From IMG/VR virus record IMGVR_UViG_3300008954_003554, positions 1-64,000 of that record: a stretch of 64,000 bases of DNA. One strand, written 5' to 3'. This document shows positions 28,459 through 37,760 of this stretch, in pieces. The position numbers and the translations under genes are program-made. The DNA comes from a virus. The number at the start of each line of letters is the position of its first letter. The first letter of the stretch is position 1. Under the pieces are notes generated by a model. The model was not told the DNA's origin, did not search any database, and worked only from the letters and a program-made list of their open reading frames with translations.

Positions 28459-29249
28459 TCCAGCACCCAGCATCTCGTGCGCTACTAATAATAAAATAAT
28501 AGAGTAGCTTAATAGTTATATAGGAGCTGCAAGGGAGAGCACAAGACATGCGCATTACTCGTAAACAACTGAGAAGAATCGTACAAGAAGAGATCTTGAG
28601 AGAGCAACAGTACCAACCTAGACCACCCAGCCTCGGTCGCGCCGGAGATTCCCGACCCTTAGACCCCTCAGATGTGGAGGCAGGTGATGAGCTTCTTGAC
28701 GTTCAGTTTAATATTCCAAACCGAGGGGGAAATCCCAGGATGTTCACTGCCACTGCTAGCGGCGTCGATGCCCCGGGAGGTTTTGCCTATGTCTATGCAA
28801 AGCCAGTAAAGATACGCAGTGATCATCTCACTAAAAGCTACGACCCAGAAGAAGAGACCGGGGGACTTCGTCGGATAGTGCCAGCTGTAGGAGTGAGCGA
28901 GGACGATATTGAGATTGAAATAACTAGCTTTGAATGTGTTGATCCCGCAGCAGGAACATACAGGATTAGCTGCGATTATGCATATGACGTCACTCTTGCC
29001 GGCCAAGATGCTGCGTCAGGTGATGGTACGACCACCACCACATTGTCCTGGGCTGAGATGCAGGCTTTAGCCACAGCACTTAAGAGGGGTGAGCAGTTTG
29101 GAAAATATGAACCCCCTGCCCCGCACAATCAGCATATAGGCATCAAGATATGCGTAACAGCTGGCACACCTAGATGGATATCCATCCGAGAGACCTGATC
29201 CAGGACCCAGCATCTCACCCGCTACTAATAATAAAAGCTCTAAGAGTAG
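28455..29249 (+). repeat. Imperfect direct repeats (28455-28507 and 29195-29249) flanking one gene
   Basis: ctgatccag(c/g)acccagcatctc(gtg/acc)cgctactaataataaaa, 38/42 identical, then agagtag. Confidence 0.8.
28548..29198 (+). CDS. MKIT-leader protein, QYQPR subtype
   Basis: MRITRKQLRRIVQEEILRE-QQYQPR. Confidence 0.7.
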   Translation: MRITRKQLRRIVQEEILREQQYQPRPPSLGRAGDSRPLDPSDVEAGDELLDVQFNIPNRGGNPRMFTATASGVDAPGGFAYVYAKPVKIRSDHLTKSYDPEEETGGLRRIVPAVGVSEDDIEIEITSFECVDPAAGTYRISCDYAYDVTLAGQDAASGDGTTTTTLSWAEMQALATALKRGEQFGKYEPPAPHNQHIGIKICVTAGTPRWISIRET

Positions 29250-29388
29250 ATCAAGGGCGTAAGGAACAGAGAGCCGCTAAACCTCTCAGAGAATCATCAA
29301 TCACCCACACATACGTTACCACCCCTAAGAGAGCGCGCGTGTAATCAGGAGCTGACCGTGGTACAATAGATCTATAAGGAGGTTCTCA

Positions 29389-30709
29389 ATGAAAGCCGGT
29401 GATTTGGTGAGAATGAGAGGCACGCTTGAGTGGAATGGTCAGGTTGGGCTAATCACTAAGGTTCCTAGAACTCAGTGGGGCATGTGGGTTGTTATGCTTG
29501 CTTCCGGTGATGACACTTTTGTTGCGACCGGTCGTAAAGAGTGCATGGAGGTAATCAGTGAAAGTCGGTGATTTGGTAATCAGGAAGATCCCTGAGCGTG
29601 GCACCAGCCGTAGGGCATCAGCCCTTAGCCAACGCCGGGAGCTGGGCCATGGCCTTATTTTAACGAAGCAAATGGGGGGAAGTAATCCTGTCCACCCATG
29701 TGTTACAGTCTATTATCCGTTGACTGGTGAAATGTATGATATCGCAGAGTCGCTCATGGAGGTAATCAGTGAAAGTCGGTGATCTGGTCGCACTTAGATT
29801 ATGTCAACAAGCAGGTACGATTGGAATGATTACAATGCTAACCAAGCCATCTCATCTTGCTAGGACTAAGCCTGAGCTCCGACTATACTGGGTTTTGACT
29901 GATTTGGGTAACCAATGCTTCACGGGTAGTCAGTTGATAAGACATGTCTGGATGGAAAATGAAACTCGGTGATTTGATATATGATTCTCACTTCAAAGAA
30001 CACGGTGTGGTGGTCGAAGCTAAACCCTGCGAGATTGGGCAAGGTGAGTGGTGTGCGATCCTTTATGCAGACGGTGAGCTAGTAGAGGGCATTCGGTCAT
30101 GGGAAGAAACAGTTGAGGTGGTTAATGAAAGTCGGTGATCTCGTCCAGGTAGTGCAATCGGAATCGTGCACACTTCACACACCATTTGAAGGACAAGTAG
30201 GCGTAATCATTAATGTCTGTCTAGCTAAGTCTAAAGAACAGGATAGGTTTGTAGTACTAACAAGGAACTGTACTCTAATATTCGGACCAAGTTACCTCGA
30301 GGTTATACATGAAAGTCGGTGATCTGGTAAAGAATCTAAACTCGGAATCGATGATGCATGGCGTTGTTGTGGACTTTGAGTTGCGGAGGGCGGGCGGCGG
30401 ACTTTACTCTGTGAGAATGCCTGTGGTGTTGTGGGCAGATAAAAGGTGCAGTCCAATTATGCCAGATATGGTGGAGAAAGCAAATGAAAGTCGGTGATCT
30501 AGTTTTGTTTCCATGCGACTGGGAGCGCTATCAAAAAAGAATTGGAGTTTTGGTAGAGATTAGAGATAATCCAGCCGATTTAAATAATATTTTTATGCAG
30601 AGGCAAGGGCACTCGCCGCGAAAAATTGCTGACATTTTGTATAAAGGAAAAATGACTGGGTGCTGGGTGTCACATTTGGAAGAGGTGGCCAGTGAAAGTC
30701 GGTGATTAG
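29389..30709 (+). repeat. Tandem array of seven MKVGDL (KOW/SH3-like) genes joined by a conserved 14-nt overlap, plus an empty terminal unit
   Basis: Starts at 29389, 29558, 29769, 29959, 30125, 30309, 30484; junction RTGAAAGTCGGTGA; last junction at 30692 reads MKVGD-stop. Confidence 0.85.
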
Positions 30710-30769
30710 TGACTGATCGAGCGCCCAGCATCGAGCGCCCAGCGAATCGTAGCAGCGAGCCCGGGACAA

Positions 30770-30880
30770 GACAGTCTGACATCGCTGTCGACACACTGTC
30801 ATCGTCTGTGACAAATGGTCATACCTAAAGACAACATGTCACTAGCTGTGACAACATGTCAATACTGTGACACCGTGTCA
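30770..30880. repeat. Six palindromic GACA-N3-TGTCA-type units with a 20-bp period
   Basis: gacagtctgaca 30770, gacacactgtca 30790, gacaaatggtca 30810, gacaacatgtca 30830, gacaacatgtca 30850, gacaccgtgtca 30869. Confidence 0.8.
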
Positions 30881-31039
30881 TTTCCCATCTAGCACCCAGG
30901 ATAATGCATTTCATCTAGCGCCCAATAGTTACAGACTTAAACAGGGGGGACACCCCGACTCGCCCTAACTTTCTCGTGTACATCGGGTCAGCATGTGGTA
31001 TGATATAGATATGGAGGTGCCGGTAGTTGGGAGGCAGAG

Positions 31040-31195
31040 GTGTCGAGGGATCGGATCAGGGTCAGAGTCGACCTGTTCAGGCGGATGGTCAAGGAGCAAG
31101 AGAGAATTCGGAGGGTGGCGCTGACGACGCAGGTCATCAGTCTGCTCGCGCTTGCGATCTCTGTCGGGGCGATGATCGTTGCGTACACGGGCTAA
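31040..31195 (+). CDS. Small C-terminally anchored membrane protein (51 aa, not in track)
   Basis: GGAGG SD, GTG; MSRDRIRVRV...VISLLALAISVGAMIVAYTG*. Confidence 0.55.
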   Translation: MSRDRIRVRVDLFRRMVKEQERIRRVALTTQVISLLALAISVGAMIVAYTG

Positions 31196-31204
31196 GGAGA
31201 CGAT

Positions 31205-31438
31205 GTGTTCGGTAGACGGGAGGTGGACACTGTGCTCCTGCGAGTACGAGAGTCAGAGGCCAGGTCGACCCAAAAGATCAAGGATCTCCAGGAAAGGGTC
31301 GACGCCGTTGAGGATGCCTGGGTCGACACCCTGGGGGAGATTCATCGTTGGCGCACCTGGATGACGCTTAGTGTCTTCTCTCTGGCTGTCACCTCTCTCG
31401 TCCTGTCAGGCATCTACCTCGGGGGTGTGCTTTTCTAG
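31205..31438 (+). CDS. Coiled-coil protein with C-terminal TM helix
   Basis: AAGGAG SD; KIKDLQERVDAVE then a hydrophobic tail. Confidence 0.55.
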   Translation: MFGRREVDTVLLRVRESEARSTQKIKDLQERVDAVEDAWVDTLGEIHRWRTWMTLSVFSLAVTSLVLSGIYLGGVLF

Positions 31439-31567
31439 GGGGTCGACCCGAGGAGAAAGGGGGTCGACTCTGCAGGGCAGTGGAGGTGGGGTCGACCCTG
31501 GTGTTCAGCTGGAGTCTGGCGGTCGCGATTCTCGTGTCAGCCCAGCTCTACACCCGGAGAAAACGAC

Positions 31568-31774
31568 GTGAGGAGGAGAAGGCGAGGAAAAAAAGAGTTC
31601 GACGTTGGTGAGCTAGTGACGTGGAGCTGGGGAGGCAAGAAGGCGAATATCTTCCACGGACTCGTGATTGACAAGCGGGACCACATGGGTATCTGGGTCT
31701 ACACGGTCATGTTTGAGAATCAGATTGTCAGTGGCTTCAATCCCGAGGAGCTGCGTCGGCTCAAGATCTTGTAA
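31568..31774 (+). CDS. Small KOW/SH3-like protein
   Basis: FDVGELV...GLVI...YTVMF...EL. Confidence 0.55.
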   Translation: MRRRRRGKKEFDVGELVTWSWGGKKANIFHGLVIDKRDHMGIWVYTVMFENQIVSGFNPEELRRLKIL

Positions 31775-31814
31775 ATCTCAAAATCCTGAGGTATAATAGA
31801 GACAGGAGGCATAC

Positions 31815-32138
31815 ATGGCTAAGTACAAGCTAACCGCGGCCCAAAAGCGTGACATCAAGAAACAGGTGGGTGTCGCTAGGTCGAATGGAGCATCGCTTCC
31901 CCGGCAGAAGAAGACCTGGTCTTTCAAGAAGGGAGACCTGGTGACCCTAAATAAGAAAGGCATGCGCCAGCAGGGGTTGACAGAACCTCCCTGGGGTGTG
32001 GTCGCGGGACCCTACCACGAGGGGTCGAATAACGGGGGCTACTTCAGGGTGATGACCAGCACAGGCATGCAGGATTGGCACGGTGGTCAGATGGACAGGA
32101 TTCAGGAACTTGACAAGGAAGACGCTGAAGACGTGTAG
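31815..32138 (+). CDS. KOW/SH3-like protein with basic N-terminus
   Basis: FKKGDLVTL...GVV; own promoter and SD. Confidence 0.55.
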   Translation: MAKYKLTAAQKRDIKKQVGVARSNGASLPRQKKTWSFKKGDLVTLNKKGMRQQGLTEPPWGVVAGPYHEGSNNGGYFRVMTSTGMQDWHGGQMDRIQELDKEDAEDV

Positions 32139-32203
32139 CAGCCGCCTACTTATGGTATAATAGAAACACAGGACAACAATAAACCCAAACCCCGAGGAAA
32201 CTC

Positions 32204-33259
32204 ATGGATATCAAGACCTTCGCATCCACCGTTCGCGCCCTTCCGGCCGACGTCTCCGTTCTTATTCGAGGCCCACACGGGATCGGTAAGTCCCACCTCG
32301 CCGAGAAAGCGGCTGAGGACATAGGGCTGCCCCTCATCGACCGGCGTCTCTCGCAGATGTCCGAAGGTGACCTGGTCGGGTTGCCGGAACTGGTGGACGG
32401 TGTCACCCGCTTCTGCCCTCCGGACTGGTACGCTCGGGCTTGCCGCGAACCGGTGGTTCTCCTCCTGGACGAAATCAACCGGGCGACCCCGGAGCTCCAG
32501 CAGGGAGCCTTCCAGATCGTTCTGGCCCGGGAGCTTAACGGCCACAAGCTGCACCCCGACACCCGCGTCATCGCGGCAGTCAATGCCTCGGCAGAATACC
32601 AGGTGAACGAGATGGATCCGGCTCTGCTGGACCGATTCTGGGTTGTGGACCTGGACCCCACCACCGATGATTGGATCGAGTGGGCATCTGGCCCTGGAGA
32701 TATTGACTCGGTCATCGTGGACTTCATTCGCCACAATCCGGCTCACCTTCGATTCAAGGGACAGGCGGAGCCGGATAAGATCTACCCCTCTCCTCGGTCC
32801 TACGACCGGTTGAACCACACCTTGCAGCACGCCTCGATGGCACCTTCCGAGGTGGCTGGAGACGTCAAGTCGAACGTTGGATTCTACGCCATCTCTCACG
32901 GCTTCCTCGGTACCGAGGCTGCTATCGCCTTCCGGGACTTCGTTGATAACTACGAACTCCAGGTATCTCCGGAGGACGTGCTGAATGACTACAAGAAGAA
33001 CAAGAAGTCTCTTGAGGCGCTCACCAATGATCAGGGGAATGGTCTGATCGCCAAGGTGGTTGACCACTGCAAGCAGAACAGCTGGACGGTGGATCAGTGC
33101 TCCAACCTCTCCAAGTGGGCTAAGACCCTGCCTGGTGAGATGATGGTGAGTCTCTGGAACGGTGTGATGGAGACCAAGGAGGTCAAGAACATCACCAAGC
33201 TCCACAAGTTCCTGGGTCAGTCTGTTGTTGAAGCAGTTCAGCGGTCACGCAGTCTGTAG
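32204..33259 (+). CDS. MoxR-like AAA+ ATPase
   Basis: Walker A GPHGIGKS, DLVGLP, Walker B LLLDEINRA, AAVN, MDPALLDRF, PSPRS. Confidence 0.9.
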   Translation: MDIKTFASTVRALPADVSVLIRGPHGIGKSHLAEKAAEDIGLPLIDRRLSQMSEGDLVGLPELVDGVTRFCPPDWYARACREPVVLLLDEINRATPELQQGAFQIVLARELNGHKLHPDTRVIAAVNASAEYQVNEMDPALLDRFWVVDLDPTTDDWIEWASGPGDIDSVIVDFIRHNPAHLRFKGQAEPDKIYPSPRSYDRLNHTLQHASMAPSEVAGDVKSNVGFYAISHGFLGTEAAIAFRDFVDNYELQVSPEDVLNDYKKNKKSLEALTNDQGNGLIAKVVDHCKQNSWTVDQCSNLSKWAKTLPGEMMVSLWNGVMETKEVKNITKLHKFLGQSVVEAVQRSRSL

Positions 33260-33322
33260 TTGTCCTGCCCCCTCCCGTGTAGCACACACGGGAGGGTGGT
33301 ATAATATAGTCAGGAGGTACTA

Positions 33323-34621
33323 ATGGAACCCATGGAACAGAAAGATCAAGGCACCGCGACCGAGCTTCCGAGCAAGCTGGAAGCCACTGATGAACAGGTG
33401 TCTCGATTCAAGCTCGATGATCATCTCGTCAACCTCATGTTGCACGAGCCTTTCTTCAGTCAGGTGATGGTTAAGCTCAACAAGTCAGAGACCAGCGCGG
33501 TGCCGACAGCAGGCGTCATGGTGAAGGACTGTGTCCCTCACTTCGTCTGGAACCCTCGATTCGTAGCAGCACTCTCGGCACTCAAGGTGCGAGGGCTTCT
33601 CAAGCACGAGTGCTACCATCTCATCTTCAATCACTGCACCCAGCGTCGACAGGAGCCACACCGTGTGTGGAACTTCGCCACCGACCTGGCCATCAACTCA
33701 ATCATTCCTCGCAAGGAGCTGCCAGACGGTGGTCTCTTCCCGGGTGAGGCACTCGACCTAAGCGGGATCACAGATCCCGAGCGGTTGAAGAAGTGGCAGA
33801 AGGTATCAGACCTGATCGCCTCGTTTCCTACCGAGAAGTCAGCTGATTGGTACTTCACCGAGCTGATGAAGGACCCTGAGATCTCTGAGACCATCGAGCC
33901 GGAGCCCGGTGAGGGTGAGCCCGGTGGGATGGACGATCACGAAGGCTGGGGTGACATGTCTGATGAGGAACGTCAGGTGGTCGAAGGCCGCATCAAGCAG
34001 GCACTGGCAGAGGCAACTCGACGCTGTGATGGTAACGGGCAGTGGGGATCGGTCCCTAGCTCCGTCCAATCTCGAATCCGTCAGATGGTAAGTAACGAGG
34101 TGGACTGGAAGTCGCTTCTCAGGAACTTCTGTGGTCGGACACAAAGGGCTCACCGAAGCTCGACCATGAAGAGAATCAACCGGAAGTATCCGTACATTCA
34201 CCCTGGTCGGAAGCGAGGTCACAGCGCTCACCTGGCCATCTACCTCGATCAGTCCGGTTCGGTTGCTGACGATGATATCGCCCTGCTGTTTGGTGAGCTC
34301 AACAACCTGGGCCGGATGGTTGAGTTCACGCTCATCCCGTTCGACTCCACTGTGGACACAGAGAACGAGATGAAGTGGCGACGCGGTGCCAAGGTCCCAC
34401 CCCAGCGCTGGCGGTCAGGAGGTACCTGCTTCGATGCTGTGGCTAAGCACGCTGTCGAGAATAAGCACCGATTTGACGGCTACATCGTCCTCACTGACGG
34501 TGAGTGCTCTGATCCCGGGCCATCAAAGATGCGACGGGCCTGGGTGATCGTTCCAGATCGGAAGCTCTACTTCAAGCCACACCCCAAGGATATGCTCATC
34601 AATATGAAGCGTAGCGTGTAG
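33323..34621 (+). CDS. DUF2201-type metallopeptidase plus vWA-like protein, partner of the AAA ATPase
   Basis: TAGV, LKHECYH (HExxH), WN.ATD.AIN, DDH..W, LDQSGSV, GGT.F, VLTDG. Confidence 0.85.
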   Translation: MEPMEQKDQGTATELPSKLEATDEQVSRFKLDDHLVNLMLHEPFFSQVMVKLNKSETSAVPTAGVMVKDCVPHFVWNPRFVAALSALKVRGLLKHECYHLIFNHCTQRRQEPHRVWNFATDLAINSIIPRKELPDGGLFPGEALDLSGITDPERLKKWQKVSDLIASFPTEKSADWYFTELMKDPEISETIEPEPGEGEPGGMDDHEGWGDMSDEERQVVEGRIKQALAEATRRCDGNGQWGSVPSSVQSRIRQMVSNEVDWKSLLRNFCGRTQRAHRSSTMKRINRKYPYIHPGRKRGHSAHLAIYLDQSGSVADDDIALLFGELNNLGRMVEFTLIPFDSTVDTENEMKWRRGAKVPPQRWRSGGTCFDAVAKHAVENKHRFDGYIVLTDGECSDPGPSKMRRAWVIVPDRKLYFKPHPKDMLINMKRSV

Positions 34622-34666
34622 CACGCGCCAGGCGGTGGTATAATAGAAACACCCAAGGAGGATAAC

Positions 34667-35365
34667 ATGGAAGACAGTCGCAGAGACGCCATCATTGACG
34701 ATCTACTCAAACTCAGACCTGAAGGTCTACCCACAGAGAAAGTTGAGTACGAGGAGTACACGGAGTTCTGTTACCAGGCATACAAGGACAAGACACGATA
34801 TCGTTGTACTCACCCAAACTGGGGATACGACATCGACACGCTGTTCAGCCTGGGTCTCCGTACTCGAAACGAGCTGGAGGAATACGTCGCTAAGCGCTTC
34901 TATGAGGTTGAACATTCCAGCAGGCTCAAGAAAGGAAAGAAGTCCGGCCACAGCCGGAAGGTCAATCGACTCTGGTCTCGAATTGATTCCGCTGTCACCC
35001 AGGTCCAAGACGAAGGTCGACCAGGGATCTACACTCTCACCAAGAGGTGGGGGTCAGCAGTCCTCGCCTCAGTGTGGGCTACGGACCATGATGAAGCTCG
35101 AACAATGGGAGAGATGTTCTACGGTCATGTCCTCAATGAGGAAGACGGACTTCGGACTCGCTTTGTGAGAATCGGTTCACCCGAAGAGGTGATTCCAGTT
35201 AACGTCGAGGCGGTAACTAGTTTGAGAGAAGACATCGATAGCTGTCAGAGTCGCATCAAGAGACTACAGAATCAGATCGACCAGGCAAAGGCACGTATCG
35301 GGGCCATTCAGATGATGCAGTCTCACATTCTGGGAAGCTGTGCCTCCCGTGCAGAAGAAGGCTAG
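34667..35365 (+). CDS. Hypothetical protein with C-terminal coiled coil
   Basis: Own promoter, GGAGG SD. Confidence 0.6.
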   Translation: MEDSRRDAIIDDLLKLRPEGLPTEKVEYEEYTEFCYQAYKDKTRYRCTHPNWGYDIDTLFSLGLRTRNELEEYVAKRFYEVEHSSRLKKGKKSGHSRKVNRLWSRIDSAVTQVQDEGRPGIYTLTKRWGSAVLASVWATDHDEARTMGEMFYGHVLNEEDGLRTRFVRIGSPEEVIPVNVEAVTSLREDIDSCQSRIKRLQNQIDQAKARIGAIQMMQSHILGSCASRAEEG

Positions 35366-35419
35366 TGGTGGTATAATAAGAAGGTAAGCTAAAACAAACC
35401 CAAATCCATCGAGGAAACA

Positions 35420-36166
35420 ATGAAGCTTAAAGTCAATCACAGTGTCTCACGAGGCACAAACATCCTGAATGTGGATGTCCCAGATCAACTTCGAAAGAGG
35501 ATTCCTACCGGACTTCCTCACATTGATGATGCACTGGGAGGCAGGGGATTTACCCCGTCCATGGTTACTCTCTTCACCGGAACACCTGGTGCGGGTAAGA
35601 CCACACTCATGCTCGAAGCAGCCAATGCTTTGCAGGGAAAGGGTGCCACAGTTCTCTTCAATACCGCTGAGGAATCTCTCTTTCAGCTCAAGATGACAGT
35701 TGAGCGACTGGGTCTCCGTCACGGTTTTGTGGCAGGACAGGATACCATGGTCAAGAACTTGCTGGAGCACGCTGATGAGCTTCGCGCTAGCAATCCGAAC
35801 AAGCCCTTCTTCCTCATCGTGGACTCTCTGCAGTGCCTCAATGATGGTAAGTACGGTAACCACCAGACCAACAGCAAGACAGCTCAGCGGTCGTTGTCGA
35901 TGATTACGGATTATTGTAAGAAGCACTTCTGCAATGCTGTTATCATTGGGCAGGTCACCAAGTCAGGTGCTATGGCAGGAGCAAACGTCCTGAAGCACAT
36001 GGTTGATGCTTACATCACTCTTGATGTGGAGCGCAAGGATCAGGATCTGCTCGGTTGTCGGGTACTCGCCACTGAGAAGAATCGGTTCGGCGGTGCTGGT
36101 CACATCTTCTTCCTCGCTCTGAGGGAATCTGGTTTTATGGAGGTATCACGGGTTTCGGTGGGTTAA
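35420..36166 (+). CDS. RadA/Sms-like RecA-fold ATPase (ATPase domain only)
   Basis: TG...D.ALGG.G, GTPGAGKTT, AEES, IVDSLQ, GQVTKSG..AG...LKHMVD, KNRFG. Confidence 0.85.
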   Translation: MKLKVNHSVSRGTNILNVDVPDQLRKRIPTGLPHIDDALGGRGFTPSMVTLFTGTPGAGKTTLMLEAANALQGKGATVLFNTAEESLFQLKMTVERLGLRHGFVAGQDTMVKNLLEHADELRASNPNKPFFLIVDSLQCLNDGKYGNHQTNSKTAQRSLSMITDYCKKHFCNAVIIGQVTKSGAMAGANVLKHMVDAYITLDVERKDQDLLGCRVLATEKNRFGGAGHIFFLALRESGFMEVSRVSVG

Positions 36167-36253
36167 CCGCCGAACCTGCCGGCCGGGTGTGATACCTCTA
36201 CCTCATGGGTTGCCCGGCCGGCACCCCCTCCCACACGTCTAAGGAGAGCCAAA

Positions 36254-36460
36254 ATGACAGTCGGTGACATGGTACGAATCAAAGGCAACTTTCAGGTGCA
36301 GCATGGCGCTGCCCTCGGTGAAGTCTGGCCCGAGGTTTACGGCCAGATCGGTGTGATCGTTGGCTTGGCCAAGCGACTCTATATTCCCGCAGCCAAAGTC
36401 ATGGTACTGGGTGAGGTCGCTGAGTTCGACCTCGATGAACTGGAGAAAGTAAATGACTGA
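36254..36460 (+). CDS. Small KOW/SH3-like protein
   Basis: MTVGDMVRI...IGVIV...ELEKV. Confidence 0.6.
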   Translation: MTVGDMVRIKGNFQVQHGAALGEVWPEVYGQIGVIVGLAKRLYIPAAKVMVLGEVAEFDLDELEKVND

Positions 36461-36597
36461 CAAAGAGATTATTCGTGAAGCATACTTCGCACTGGCCGGC
36501 TATCGAAGCCCGACACTAACAAGACAGCAGCGGGAGAATGAACTACAGAGATGTTATACACTTCTTGCGGACGCTCTGTATAGACGGGATGAGGAAG

Positions 36598-37112
36598 ATG
36601 AAAGTAGGTGACCTGGTAAAGTATAAAGGTTCAGTCGGAATTGTTCTTGGGCCTTGCACAAAGCGCTGGGCTAAGCCCGCTGATGTTTGGGTACTTTGGC
36701 CTCATAAGCACAGGCCCATGATCGAGAGCAGCGACTTTATGGAGTTAGTAAATGCAAGTCGGTGACCTGGTATCATTGAAGATGAAGAAGACACAACCCC
36801 CTCAGGTACCTTGCCATGGCATCGTACTCAATCTATGGCGGAATCATAAGGGACGGCTTGTTGAAGTAGAGGTGATGTGGTCAGAAGGTAATGTTAGAAG
36901 GTTCCGTGCTGATCTCTTCGAGGTGATCAATGGAAGTAGGTGATATTGTTCATGATCATGCTGTTGGTCGCAATGGCATCATCCTATCTAAGACGGTGTG
37001 TGCGTGGAAAGTTAACTGGTTCTATGTCTTTTACGGCGACGGCTCCATCGAGCAGGCACGTGCCAATGAGCTAAGCATACTTTCTTGTAAAGCGCTCAGA
37101 AATGATGTATAA
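36598..37112 (+). repeat. Second mini-array of three MxVGD genes (36598-36765, 36752-36943, 36930-37112) with the same 14-nt overlap
   Basis: Junctions ATGCAAGTCGGTGA and ATGGAAGTAGGTGA. Confidence 0.75.
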
Positions 37113-37136
37113 TATAATCACCAAGGAGGAATATTC

Positions 37137-37544
37137 ATGTCAGTTCAGTTAGCAAATATTCAACACGACGGCGGCACTCACGATGTGTCTGTGGAAACAG
37201 AGGGTGATCAGTGTGTCATCAAGTTTGGCGGCAGCTTCACGCTCCGCGTGGATGAGGCAAATCTAAATAAGCTGCGTGAGATGATTCACATCGCGGCTCG
37301 TGACTTGACCATTGAGCGACGTGATACTGCCGGTGCTCGGGAGTGGTCGGAGTCGGGGTTAGACGACGTGTTTGACTTTGATGAGAGCGATGAGATCTCG
37401 GGTGAAGACCTGAAGGCGGCTGATGAGATCTGGCAATCGAGCGTTGAAGCTGACATGATCCAGCGTGGGATCGACGCGCGCGAGATGATGAAGGGAACAG
37501 CTAGCGCTGGAGACTGGAACCCGAACGATCCATCCAACTGGTAG
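37137..37544 (+). CDS. Acidic hypothetical protein
   Basis: Own promoter at 37085, AAGGAGG SD. Confidence 0.6.
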   Translation: MSVQLANIQHDGGTHDVSVETEGDQCVIKFGGSFTLRVDEANLNKLREMIHIAARDLTIERRDTAGAREWSESGLDDVFDFDESDEISGEDLKAADEIWQSSVEADMIQRGIDAREMMKGTASAGDWNPNDPSNW

Positions 37545-37550
37545 GTAGAT

Positions 37551-37760
37551 ATGTTACAAATTCCATGGACAGTCGTGTTTGCGAAAGAGAGACAATCATT
37601 TACGCACCCCTCAGAGTACGTTGCGAAGGAGCTCTACGGGTCGATAGAGCAGAAAGCTATGCTCGAACAGGCCAATCAGTATGCGACACATGTCGGCTAT
37701 GCGTCGGTTGTCTGCATCATCAAGGGGAGCCATGCTGGAGGATTCTATGCAAATCGGTGA
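37551..37760 (+). CDS. Hypothetical protein
   Basis: 14-nt overlap with the downstream MQIGD gene. Confidence 0.5.
   Translation: MLQIPWTVVFAKERQSFTHPSEYVAKELYGSIEQKAMLEQANQYATHVGYASVVCIIKGSHAGGFYANR

Noticed and set aside
29544-30709. CRISPR array
   Set aside because: Repeats are degenerate and coding, intervening units are about 150-190 bp ORF cores, and there are no cas genes in the window
32146-33205. Long minus-strand ORFs (351 aa, 196 aa)
   Set aside because: Antisense shadows of the GC3-rich AAA ATPase gene; no SD or recognisable motifs
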